64,000 nucleotides of DNA from Squalus acanthias. Lineage: Eukaryota. Positions within the stretch are counted from its first letter, which is position 1, and each line of letters opens with the position of its first letter. The position numbers and the translations under genes are program-made. Below the pieces are notes generated by a model. That model saw only the letters and a list, made by a program, of their open reading frames with translations, had not been told where the DNA came from and made no database searches. Below are positions 25,001 to 37,063 of this stretch, one piece after another. Location of the stretch: NCBI GenBank assembly GCA_030390025.1, contig JASTWF010000360.1, positions 372,001 through 436,000 on the forward strand, read 5' to 3'.

Positions 25001-25331
25001 GGGTGAGACCATGAAGGGATTTGAAAACAAGTATGAGTATTTTAAAATCGAGGCATTGTCAGACCGCGAGCCAATGTAGATCAAGGAACACAGGGGTAAT
25101 GGATGAACCGGACTTGGTGCGATTTAGGATACGGGGCAGCAGAATTTTGGATGACCTCAAGTTTATGGAGGGTGGCGAGTGGGAAGTCGACCAGGAGGGT
25201 ATCGGAATCGTCGAGTCTGGAGGTAATAACGGCACGGATGAGTGATTCAGCAGCGGATGACCTGAGGCGGGGCGAAGTCGGACGATGTTACGGAGATGGA
25301 AGTAGGCAGTCTCGGTGACCGAGCGGACATG
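25001..25331 (-). mobile_element. L2 LINE ORF2 C-terminal fragment contiguous with the minisatellite
   Basis: Minus strand reads, across frameshifts, TAYFHLRNIVRLRP, VITSRLDDSDTLL, KLEVIQNSAA, LHWL and FKILILVFKSLHGL, leading into the repeat unit. Confidence 0.85.
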
Positions 25332-25957
25332 TTACTGATCAGGGACAAGGGGAGATGCACCTCAAATATATTGTGAGCTCAGGACTGTAAACGCGTTTAA
25401 ATCCTCCGACTAAACTCGCAAGGTTTGGTCGTAAGTGTTGCTGTTTTGTCTGTGTCGAATTATGGTATGTTTAATAAATCTGTGACGTCTGACGTTCAAC
25501 GTTGTGAACCCCATTGATTTGAGGGGTGAATTATAACTAAGAAGACACACACATATACCCCTCTACTAACACATTCACCAGCAGAAAGCCGAAACAGTGG
25601 ATGTAAAATCGGACTATTTCCGATGGCTTAGGGATACTTTCACAGGATCGCCGGGACAGATTTTAAGAGGGTTTGCTGAGTGGAAATATGAAGGCAAGAA
25701 TGGGGAAAGGCTGGGCCACCTGTTCACAAACCAGCTCAGGAATCTATAACACGAGTTGAGAGAAACTGTGTTAAATATTTACAAGGCACCTGCACCTAAA
25801 CTAAGAATATTCTTGTCTGTACTTGGGTTCCAGAGAAACAAAGGTACCCTTTAATATTTTTTTTCCCCACTCATTTGTCCCCACTTATTTCTGAAGTCAC
25901 CATCAACTCGCTGGGGTTCAGTCCCCTGGGCGCTAATGAAAAGAATATATTAAGACA

Positions 25958-26276
25958 CCGATTTATACAGTGTCTTTCACCACCACAGAACATCCCAAAG
26001 AGCTTCACGGCCAATGAAGCACTTTTTGAAGTGTAGTCACTGTTGGAAACGTGGCAGCCAATTTTTGCACAGCAAGCTCCCACAAACAGCAATGTGAGAA
26101 TGACCCGATAATCTGTTTTTTAATGTTATTGGTTGAGGGATAAATGTTGGGCCCAGCACACTGCGGAGAACTCCCACCCTCCTCTTCTTCCACTAGTGGT
26201 CGTGGGATCTATTACGTCCACCTGAGTGGACAGACGGGGGCCTCGGTTTAATGTCTCATTCGAAAGACGGCACCTG
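25958..26276 (-). mobile_element. 3' half of a Deu-domain SINE
   Basis: Minus strand GGTGCCGTCTTTCGAATGAGACATTAAACCGAGGCCCC... aligns with 42858-43160. Confidence 0.85.
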
Positions 26277-29200
26277 ACAGTGCAGCGCTCCCTCAGTACT
26301 GCCTCTCCAACAGTGCAGCGCTCCCTCAGTACTGCCCCTCCGACAGTGCAGCGCTCCCTCAGTACTGTCTCTCCGACAGTGCAGCACTCCCTCAGTACTG
26401 CCCCTCCGACAGTGCAGCACTCCATCAGTACTGTCTCTCCGACAGTGCAGCGCTCCCTCAGTACTGCCTCTCCGACAGTGCAGCACTCCATCAGTACTGT
26501 CCCTCCGACAGTGCAGCGCTCCCTCAGTACTGCCCCTCCGACAGTGCAGCACTCCCTCAGTACTGCCACTCCGACAGTGCAGCCCTCCCTCAGTACTGTC
26601 CCTCCAACAGTGCAGCGCTCCCTCAGTACTGCCCATCCGACAGTGCGGTGCTCCCTCAGTACTGTCCCTCCGACAGTGCAGCGCTCCCTCAGTACTGCCC
26701 CTCCGACAGTGCAGCGCTCCCTCAGTACTGCCACTCCGACAGTGCGGTGCTCCCTCAGTACTTTCCCTCCGACAGTGCGGCGCTCCCTCAGTACTGCCCC
26801 TCCGACAGTGCGGCGCTCCCTCAGTACTGCCTCTCCGACAGTGCAGCAGTCCCTCAGTACTGCCTCTCCGACAGTACAGCAGTCCCTCAGTACTGCCTCT
26901 CCGACAGTGCATTGCTCCCTCAGTACTGCCCCTCCAACAGTGCAGCGCTCCCTCAGTACTACCCCTCTGACAGTGCAGCAGTCCCTCAGTACTGCCTCTT
27001 CGACAGTGCAGCACTCCCTCAGTACTGCCCCTCTGACAGTGCAGCTCTCCCTCAGTACTGCCCCTCCGACAGTGCAGCGCTCCCTCAGTACTGCCCCTCC
27101 GACAGTGCAGCTCTCCCTCAGTACTGCCCCTGCGACAGTGCAGCGCTCCCTCAGTACTGCCCCTCCGACAGTGCAGCGCTCCCTCAGTATTGCCCCTCTG
27201 ACAGTGCAGCGCTCTCTCAGTACTGCCTCTCCGACAGTGCATTGCTCCCTCAGTACTGCCCCTCTGACAGTGCAGCACTCCCTCAGTACTGCCCCTCCGA
27301 CAGTGCAGCGCTCCCTCAATACTGCCCCTCCGACAGTGCAGCAGTCCCTCAGTCCTGCCTCTCCGACAGTGCAGTGCTCCTTCAGTACTGCCCCTCCGAC
27401 AGTGCAGCAGTCCCTCAGTACTGCCCCTCTGACAGTGCAGCACTCCCTCAGTACTGCCCCTCCGACAGTGCAGCACTCCATCAGTACTGTCTCTCCGACA
27501 GTGCAGTGCTCCCTCAGTACTGTCCCTCCGACAGTGCAGCGCTCCCTCAGTACTGCCCCTCCGACAGTGCAGCACTCCCTCAGTACTGCCACTCCGACAG
27601 TGCAGCCCACCCTCAGTACTGTCCCTCCAACAGTGCAGCGCTCCCTCAGTACTGCCCCTCCGACAGTGCGGTGCTCCCTCAGTACTGTCCCTCTGACAGT
27701 GCAGCGCTCCCTCAGTACTGCCCCTCCGACAGTGCAGCGCTCCCTCAGTACTGCCATTCCGACAGTGCGGTGCTCCCTCAGTACTGTCCCTCCGACAGTG
27801 CAGCACTCCATCAGTACTGTCTCTCCGACAGTGCAGCGCTCCCTCAGTACTGCCTCTCCGACAGTGCAGCACTCCATCAGTACTGTCCCTCCGACAGTGC
27901 AGCGCTCCCTCAGTACTGCCCCTCCGACAGTGCAGCACTCCCTCAGTACTGCCACTCCGACAGTGCAGCCCTCCCTCAGTACTGTCCCTCCAACAGTGCA
28001 GCGCTCCCTCAGTACTGCCCCTCCGACAGTGCGGTGCTCCCTCAGTACTGTCCCTCCGACAGTGCAGCGCTCCCTCAGTACTGCCCCTCCGACAGTGCAG
28101 CGCTCCCTCAGTACTGCCACTCCAACAGTGCGGTGCTCCCTCAGTACTGTCCCTCCGACAGTGCGGCGCTCCCTCAGTACTGCTCCTCCGACAGTGCGGC
28201 GCTCCCTCAGTACTGCCTCTCCGACAGTGCAGCAGTCCCTCAGTACTGCCTCTCCGACAGTACAGCAGTCCCTCAGTACTGCCTCTCCGACAGTGCATTG
28301 CTCCCTCAGTACTGCCCCTCCAACAGTGCAGCGCTCCCTCAGTACTACCCCTCTGACAGTGCAGCAGTCCCTCAGTACTGCCTCTTCGACAGTGCAGCAC
28401 TCCCTCAGTACTGCCCCTCTGACAGTGCAGCTCTCCCTCAGTACTGCCCCTCCGACAGTGCAGCGCTCCCTCAGTACTGCCCCTCCGACAGTGCAGCTCT
28501 CCCTCAGTACTGCCCCTGCGACAGTGCAGCGCTCCCTCAGTACTGCCCCTCCGACAGTGCAGCGCTCCCTCAGTATTGCCCCTCTGACAGTGCAGCGCTC
28601 TCTCAGTACTGCCTCTCCGACAGTGCATTGCTCCCTCAGTACTGCCCCTCTGACAGTGCAGCACTCCCTCAGTACTGCCCCTCCGACAGTGCAGCGCTCC
28701 CTCAATACTGCCCCTCCGACAGTGCAGCAGTCCCTCAGTCCTGCCTCTCCGACAGTGCAGTGCTCCTTCAGTACTGCCCCTCCGACAGTGCAGCAGTCCC
28801 TCAGTACTGCCCCTCTGACAGTGCAGCACTCCCTTAGTACTGCCCCTCCGACAGTGCAGCGCACCCTCAGTACTGCCCCTCTGTCAGTGCAGCGCTCCCT
28901 CAGTACTGCCTCTCCGACAGTGCAGCACTCCATCAGTACTGTCTCTCCGACAGTGCAGCGTTCCCTCAGTACTGCCCCTCCGAAAGTGCAGCACTCCCTC
29001 AGTACTGCCCCTCCGACAGTGCAGCCCTCCCTCAGTACTGTCCCTCCAACAGTTCAGCGCTCCCTCAGTACTGCCCCTCCGACAGTGCGGTGCTCCCTCA
29101 GTACTGTCCCTCCGACAGTGCAGCGCTCCCTCAGTACTGCCCCTCCGACAGTGCGGCGCTCCCTCAGTACTGCCCCTCCGACAGTGCAGCGCTCCCTCAG

Positions 29201-32200
29201 TACTGCCCCTCCGACAGTGCAGCGCTCCCTCAGTACTGCCCCTCCGACAGTGCAGCGCTCTATCAGTACTGCCTCTCCGACAGTGCATTGTTCCCTCAGT
29301 ACTGCCCCTCTGACAGTGCAGCACTCCCTCAGTACTGCCCCTCCGACAGTGCAGCGCTCCCTCAATACTGCCCCTCCGACAGTGCAGCAGTCCCTCAGTC
29401 CTGCCTCTCCGACAGTGCAGTGCTCCTTCAGTACTGCCCCTCCGACAGTGCAGCAGTCCCTCAGTACTGCCCCTCTGACAGTGCAGCACTCCCTCAGTAC
29501 TGCCCCTCCGACAGTGCAGCGCACCCTCAGTACTGCCCCTCTGACAGTGCAGCGCTCCCTCAGTACTGCCTCTCCGACAGTGCAGCAGTCCATCAGTACT
29601 GTCTCTCCGACAGTGCAGCGTTCCCTCAGTACTGCCCCTCCGAAAGTGCAGCACTCCCTCAGTACTGCCCCTCTGACAGTGCAGCCCTCCCTCAGTACTG
29701 TCCCTCCAACAGTGCAGCGCTCCCTCAGTACTGCCCCTCCGACAGTGCGGTGCTCCCTCAGTACTGTCCCTCCGACAGTGCAGCGCTCCCTCAGTACTGC
29801 CCCTCCGACAGTGCAGCGCTCCCTCAGTACTGCCCCTCCGACAGTGCAGCGCTCCCTCAGTACTGCCCCTCCGACAGTGCAGCGCTCCCTCAGTACTGCC
29901 CCTCCGACAGTGCAGCGCTCCCTCAGTACTGCCCCTCCGACAGTGCGGTGCTCCCTCAGTACTGTCCCTCCGACAGTGCGGCGCTCCCTCAGTACTGCTC
30001 TTCCGAGAGTGCGGCGCTCCCTCAGTACTGCCTCTCCGACAGTGCAGCGGTCCCTCAGTGCTGCCTCTCCGACAGTGCAGTGCTCCTTCAGTACTGCCTC
30101 TCCGACAGTGCAGCGCTCCCTCAGCACTGCCACTCCGACAGTGCGGCGCTCCCTCAGTACTGCCCCTCCGACAGTGCAGCAGTCCCTCATTACTGCTCCT
30201 TCGACAGTGCGGCGCTCCCTCAGTACTGTCGCTCTGACAGTACAGCAGTCCCTCAGTACTGCCCCTCCGACAGTACAGCAGTCCCTCAGTACTGCCTCTC
30301 CGACAGTGCATTGCTCCCTCAGTACTGCCCCTCCAACAGTGCAGCGCTCCCTCAGTACTACCCCTCTGACAGTGCAGCAGTCCCTCAGTACTGCCTCTTC
30401 GACAGTGCAGCACTCCCTCAGTACTGCCCCTCTGACAGTGCAGCTCTCCCTCAGTACTGCCCCTCCGACAGTGCGGCGCTCCCTCAGTACTGCCCCTCGG
30501 ACAGTACATCTCTCCCTCAGTACTGCCCCTCCGACAGTGCAGCTCTCCCTCAGTACTGCCCCTCCGACAGTGCAGCTCTCCCTCAGTACTGCCCCTGCGA
30601 CAGTGCAGCGCTCCCTCAGTACTGCCCCTCCGACAGTGCAGCGCTCCCTCAGTATTGCCCCTCTGACAGTGCAGCGCTCTCTCAGTACTGCTCCTCCGAC
30701 AGTGCGGCGCTCCCTCAGTACTGTCACTCTGACAGTGCAGCAGTCCCTCAGTACTGCCTCTCCGACAGTGCATTGCTCCCCCAGTACTGCCCCTCTGACA
30801 GTGCAGCACTCCCTCAGTACTGCCCCTCCGACAGTGCAGCGCTCCCTCAATACTGCCCCTCCGACAGTGCAGCAGTCCCTCAGTCCTGCCTCTCCGACAG
30901 TGCAGTGCTCCTTCAGTACTGCCCCTCCGACAGTGCAGCAGTCCCTCAGTACAGCCTCTCCGACAGTGCAGTGCTCCCTCAGTACTGACCCTCCGACAGT
31001 GCAGCGTTCCCTCAGTACTACCCCTCTGACAGTGCAGCAGTCCCTCAGTACTGCCTCTTCGACAGTGCGGCGCTCCCTCAGTACTGTCACTCTGACAGTG
31101 CAGCACTCCCTCAGTACTGCCACTCCGACAGTGCAGCCCTCCCTCAGTACTGTCCCTCCAACAGTGCAGCGCTCCCTCAGTACTGCCCCTCCGACAGTGC
31201 GGTGCTCCCTCAGTACTGTCCCTCCGACAGTGCAGCGCTCCCTCAGTACTGCCCCTCCGACAGTGCAGCGCTCCCTCAGTACTGCCACTCCGACAGTGCG
31301 GTGCTCCCTCAGTACTGTCCCTCCGACAGTGCAGCACTCCATCAGTACTGTCTCTCCGACAGTGCAGCGCTCCCTCAGTACTGCCTCTCCGATAGTGCAG
31401 CACTCCATCAGTACTGTCCCTCCGACAGTGCAGCGCTCCCTCAGTACTGCCCCTCCGACAGTGCAGCACTCCCTCAGTACTGCCACTCCGACAGTGCAGC
31501 CCTCCCTCAGTACTGTCCCTCCAACAGTGCAGCGCTCCCTCAGTACTGCCCCTCCGACAGTGCGGTGCTCCCTCAGTACTGTCCCTCCGACAGTGCAGCG
31601 CTCCCTCAGTACTGCCCCTCCGACAGTGCAGCGCTCCCTCAGTACTGCCACTCCGACAGTGCGGTGCTCCCTCAGTACTGTCCCTCCGACAGTGCGGCGC
31701 TCCCTCAGTACTGCTCCTCCGACAGTGCGGCGCTCCCTCAGTACTGCCTCTCCGACAGTGCAGCAGTCCCTCAGTACTGCCTCTCCGACAGTACAGCAGT
31801 CCCTCAGTACTGCCTCTCCGACAGTGCATTGCTCCCTCAGTACTGCCCCTCCAACAGTGCAGCGCTCCCTCAGTACTACCCCTCTGACAGTGCAGCAGTC
31901 CCTCAGTACTGCCTCTTCGACAGTGCAGCACTCCCTCAGTACTGCCCCTCTGACAGTGCAGCTCTCCCTCAGTACTGCCCCTCCGACAGTGCAGCGCTCC
32001 CTCAGTACTGCCCCTCCGACAGTGCAGCTCTCCCTCAGTACTGCCTCTGCGACAGTGCAGCGCTCCCTCAGTACTGCCCCTCCGACAGTGCAGCGCTCCC
32101 TCAGTATTGCCCCTCTGACAGTGCAGCGCTCTCTCAGTACTGCCTCTCCGACAGTGCATTGCTCCCTCAGTACTGCCCCTCTGACAGTGCAGCACTCCCT

Positions 32201-35200
32201 CAGTACTGCCCCTCCGACAGTGCAGCGCTCCCTCAATACTGCCCCTCCGACAGTGCAGCAGTCCCTCAGTCCTGCCTCTCCGACAGTGCAGTGCTCCTTC
32301 AGTACTGCCCCTCCGACAGTGCAGCAGTCGCTCAGTACTGCCCCTCTGACAGTGCAGCACTCCCTCAGTACTGCCCCTCCGACAGTGCAGCGCACCCTCA
32401 GTACTGCCCCTCTGTCAGTGCAGCGCTCCCTCAGTACTGCCTCTCCGACAGTGCAGCACTCCTTCAGTACTGTCTCTCCGACAGTGCAGCGTTCCCTCAG
32501 TACTGCCCCTCCGAAAGTGCAGCACTCCCTCAGTACTGCCCCTCCGACAGTGCAGCCCTCCCTCAGTACTGTCCCTCCAACAGTTCAGCGCTCCCTCAGT
32601 ACTGCCCCTCCGACAGTGCGGTGCTCCCTCAGTACTGTCCCTCCGACAGTGCAGCGCTCCCTCAGTACTGCCCCTCCGACGGTGCGGCGCTCCCTCAGTA
32701 CTGCCCCTCCGACAGTGCAGCGCTCCCTCAGTACTGCCCCTCCGACAGTGCAGCGCTCCCTCAGTACTGCCCCTCCGACAGTGCAGCGCTCTATCAGTAC
32801 TGCCTCTCCGACAGTGCATTGCTCCCTCAGTACTGCCCCTCTGACAGTGCAGCACTCCCTCAGTACTGCCCCTCCGACAGTGCAGCGCTCCCTCAATACT
32901 GCCCCTCCGACAGTGCAGCAGTCCCTCAGTCCTGCCTCTCCGACAGTGCAGTGCTCCTTCAGTACTGCCCCTCCGACAGTGCAGCAGTCCCTCAGTACTG
33001 CCCCTCTGACAGTGCAGCACTCCCTCAGTACTGCCCCTCCGACAGTGCAGCGCACCCTCAGTACTGCCCCTCTGACAGTGCAGCGCTCCCTCAGTACTGC
33101 CTCTCCGACAGTGCAGCAGTCCATCAGTACTGTCTCTCCGACAGTGCAGCGTTCCCTCAGTACTGCCCCTCCGAAAGTGCAGCACTCCCTCAGTACTGCC
33201 CCTCTGACAGTGCAGCCCTCCCTCAGTACTGTCCCTCCAACAGTGCAGCGCTCCCTCAGTACTGCCCCTCCGACAGTGCGGTGCTCCCTCAGTACTGTCC
33301 CTCCGACAGTGCTGCGCTCCCTCAGTACTGCCCCTCCGACAGTGCAGCGCTCCCTCAGTACTGCCCCTCCGACAGTGCAGCGCTCCTTCAGTACTGCCCC
33401 TCCGACAGTGCAGCGCTCCCTCAGTACTGCCCCTCCGACAGTGCAGCGCTCCCTCAGTACTGCCCCTCCGACAGTGCGGTGCTCCCTCAGTACTGTCCCT
33501 CCGACAGTGCGGCGCTCCCTCAGTACTGCTCTTCCGAGAGTGCGGCGCTCCCTCAGTACTGCCTCTCCGACAGTGCAGCTGTCCCTCAGTGCTGCCTCTC
33601 CGACAGTGCAGTGCTCCTTCAGTACTGCCTCTCCGACAGTGCAGCGCTCCCTCAGTACTGCCACTCCGACAGTGCGGCGCTCCCTCAGTACTGCCCCTCC
33701 GACAGTGCAGCAGTCCCTCATTACTGCTCCTTCGACAGTGCGGCGCTCCCTCAGTACTGTCGCTCTGACAGTACAGCAGTCCCTCAGTACTGCCCCTCCG
33801 ACAGTACAGCAGTCCCTCAGTACTGCCTCTCCGACAGTGCATTGCTCCCTCAGTACTGCCCCTCCAACAGTGCAGCGCTCCCTCAGTACTACCCCTCTGA
33901 CAGTGCAGCAGTCCCTCAGTACTGCCTCTTCGACAGTGCAGCACTCCCTCAGTACTGCCCCTCTGACAGTGCAGCTCTCCCTCAGTACTGCCCCTCCGAC
34001 AGTGCGGCGCTCCCTCAGTACTGCCCCTCGGACAGTGCATCTCTCCCTCAGTACTGCCCCTCCGACAGTGCAGCTCTCCCTCAGTACTGCCCCTCCGACA
34101 GTGCAGCTCTCCCTCAGTACTGCCCCTGCGACAGTGCAGCGCTCCCTCAGTACTGCCCCTCCGACAGTGCAGCGCTCCCTCAGTATTGCCCCTCTGACAG
34201 TGCAGCGCTCTCTCAGTACTGCTCCTCCGACAGTGCGGCGCTCCCTCAGTACTGTCACTCTGACAGTGCAGCAGTCCCTCAGTACTGCCTCTCCGACAGT
34301 GCATTGCTCCCCCAGTACTGCCCCTCTGACAGTGCAGCACTCCCTCAGTACTGCCCCTCCGACAGTGCAGCGCTCCCTCAATACTGCCCCTCCGACAGTG
34401 CAGCAGTCCCTCAGTCCTGCCTCTCCGACAGTGCAGTGCTCCTTCAGTACTGCCCCTCCGACAGTGCAGCAGTCCCTCAGTACAGCCTCTCCGACAGTGC
34501 AGTGCTCCCTCAGTACTGACCCTCCGACAGTGCAGCGTTCCCTCAGTACTACCCCTCTGACAGTGCAGCAGTCCCTCAGTACTGCCTCTTCGACAGTGCG
34601 GCGCTCCCTCAGTACTGTCACTCTGACAGTGCAGCAGTCCCTCAGTACTGCCTCTCCGACAGTGCATTGCTGCCTCAGTACTGCCCCTCTGACAGTGCAG
34701 CACTCCCTCAGTACTGCCCCTCCGACAGTGCAGCGCTCCCTCAATACTGCCCCTCCGACAGTGCAGCAGTCCCTCAGTCCTGCCTCTCCGACAGTGCAGT
34801 GCTCCTTCAGTACTGCCCCTCCGACAGTGCAGCAGTCCCTCAGTACAGCCTCTCCGACAGTGCAGTGCTCCCTTAGTACTGACCCTCCGACAGTGCAGCA
34901 ATCCCTCAGTACTGCCCCTCCGACAGTGCAGCGCACCCTCAGTACTGCCCCTCCGATAGTGCAGCGCTCCCTCAGTACTGATCCTCCGACAGTGCGGCGC
35001 TCCCTCAGTGCTGTCGCTCTGACAGTGCCGCGCTCCCTCAGTACTGCCCCTCCGACTTTGCAGCGCTCCCTCAGTACCGCCCCTCCGACAGTGCATCTCT
35101 CCCTCTGTACTGCCCCACACACAGTGCAGCGATCCCTCAGTACTGTCTCTCCGACAGTGCAGCTCTCCCTCAGTACTGCCCCTCCGACAGCTCAGCGCTT

Positions 35201-35211
35201 CCTCAGTACTG
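26277..35211 (-). repeat. About 8.9-kb array of roughly 270 x 33-bp SINE-derived units with higher-order structure
   Basis: One + frame stays open across the whole array. Variant markers recur at 660, 1386 and 3531 bp (20, 42 and 107 units). Confidence 0.97.
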
Positions 35212-35572
35212 AGATGTACAAGACTATGACAGGTTTGGATGGGCAAGATGGGGAAAGGCTGTTCCCACTAATTGATGGTACAAGGACTAGGGGACACAGA
35301 TTCAAGGTTTTGGGCAAGAGATACAGGGGGGATGTGAGGAAAAACGTATTTAAGCAGCGAGTGGTGAGGACCTGGAACTCGCTGCCGACGGAAGTGGTGG
35401 AAGCGGAGACACTCAATGTTTTCAAGGGGAGACTGGATAGGCAGTTGAGGGAAATAAACTTGCAGGGCTACGGGGACAGAGCGGGGGAATGGGACTGACT
35501 GGATTGCTCTACAGAGAGCCGGAACGAATTTGATGGGCCGAATGGCCTCCTTCTGTGCCGTTATGCCTCTCT
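35212..35572 (+). mobile_element. CR1 3' end fragment
   Basis: EMYKTMTGLD...RTRGHRFKV...RVVRTWNSLP...GYGDRAGEWD followed by the 3' UTR. Confidence 0.9.
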
Positions 35573-37008
35573 GGGTGTGATTTTCCCAATGGAGGCAGGT
35601 TTCGGTTTGGGTGAGTTCCAAACCCGCCTCCACTGAGAGGTGGGAAAAATTTGCTAATTTTCCCCTAATTGGCCAGTTGATTTCAGAGGTGAGGGTTCCC
35701 CTGGCCCAATTAGTCTTTTGGGACTGAAACTCGCCTCTGCTGACATCACTTATCCAGCTTCATTTAAGGGCTGCTTGCTGCCTTGGCTCATTCCACTGGT
35801 TTTTGGTCGATGCTGCACCACCTCCAAGCTGTTATCTCCTTGAAGAATGGCCAGCTCCAAGGCAAGGGCCTCCCCGAGGTTCTCGGATGAGGCGCTGGGT
35901 ATGCTGCTTGAGGGGGTGAGAGCTAGCAGGGAGGTGCTCTTCCCCTCATCTGGGAGGAAGAGGCCTCCCAAAGAAACCAAGGCTGTGTGGGTCCAGCTGG
36001 CAAGGGATATAACCTCCAGATCTGTGTGCAGATTGGGTGATTGTTTCTGTTTATTGAAGAAATGCCAGCCCTGTGGGAATGTATTCAAATTAGGCGATGG
36101 CAAAACTGTTGGCGTGATGGCGTCTGTTATTTCGGCTTAGGCAGCTCCACATTGCGGACTCCGCGACACTTGTGTGGTCAGGTTGGTGGTCAGAGTGAAA
36201 GGAGGCCAGAGAGTCTTGTCCATTGTCTATCATGCGTTAAGAAGGAGCCAAGCACAGGTGCCACAATGGGCAACCTATGCAAATCTGGCCAGGATGAGTG
36301 CATTCCTTGCACGAGGTGCTTCCATGCGCTGGCGCCTTCTGCCCTGTGCAGCATCAGGTGGGTGAGCAGGAGGTTGGGGCTCCTGCTGCTTTTGCTGCTG
36401 AGCTGCCTGGCTCTGCTGCTGCCGTGGATGCTCCTCATCCTCACCTGAGGTCCACGGTGAAAGGAAATAAATGGTTCCCATGCTGCTGGCAGATACCTCC
36501 GTTGGGGAAGCGTTCAGTCCAAGCGGGGAGAGGGTCTTCCAAGGAGGTCCCACAGTTGAGAGGTGGAAGCTGCAGCACCTCTGACTTTGGTAGGCCTGCT
36601 AAAAGTGCTGAAAGACCTTTGGAACAAAAGGTCTGCCACCTGCAACTGCTCCCTGATGAAAGCTCCGTTTCAATGGTGGAGCTGCAGCTGTGAGGAGGCC
36701 ACCCACTTGTCAACCCACCAGGATTAGCTGGCGTGGTTTAGGAGGGTCATGCAACATGCTGAAAATGTGGTAAAATAACGAGGGCCTGTCAAAATAGGAT
36801 TATAGAGGCCCTTAACGACTATTTAAGGATCTTAACTACCTCTCCCGACTGATGGAGGCGGGACCGAATCGCACCCATCAAACCCGCCTCCGGTAAAATT
36901 GCGCGGAGGTGGGTTGGAGGCGGGTTCCGAACCCGCCCTCAGTTTTTGCCATTTTGCCAACTGTCCCACCTCCAAACCCGCCTCCTGGGGGCTGGGAAAA
37001 TCGCCCCC
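35573..37008 (+). mobile_element. Non-autonomous (internally deleted) Harbinger element
   Basis: Termini GGGTGTGATTTTCCCA and TGGGAAAATCGCCCCC. Myb/SANT-like N-terminus at 35847 (PRFSDEAL...AVWVQLA). Minus-strand RARNALILARFA resembles the transposase C-terminus at 50519. Confidence 0.75.
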
Positions 37009-37063
37009 TAAGACTCTATAAGGATCAGTGCTTGGGCCTCAGCTATTCACAATCTACATCAAT

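Noticed and set aside
26277..35211. Tandem CTCF sites in the 33-bp unit
   Set aside because: GGAGGGGCAGT resembles only the 3' half of the motif and the 5' CCASY part is absent.
26226..35498. 3090-aa mucin-like ORF and the overlapping Cys/His-periodic ORFs (LHCRRGSTEGA, QYCPSDSAALP)
   Set aside because: Products of a 33-bp unit with few stop-prone codons; open in several frames on both strands, no ATG start or signal peptide, and not C2H2 zinc-finger spacing.
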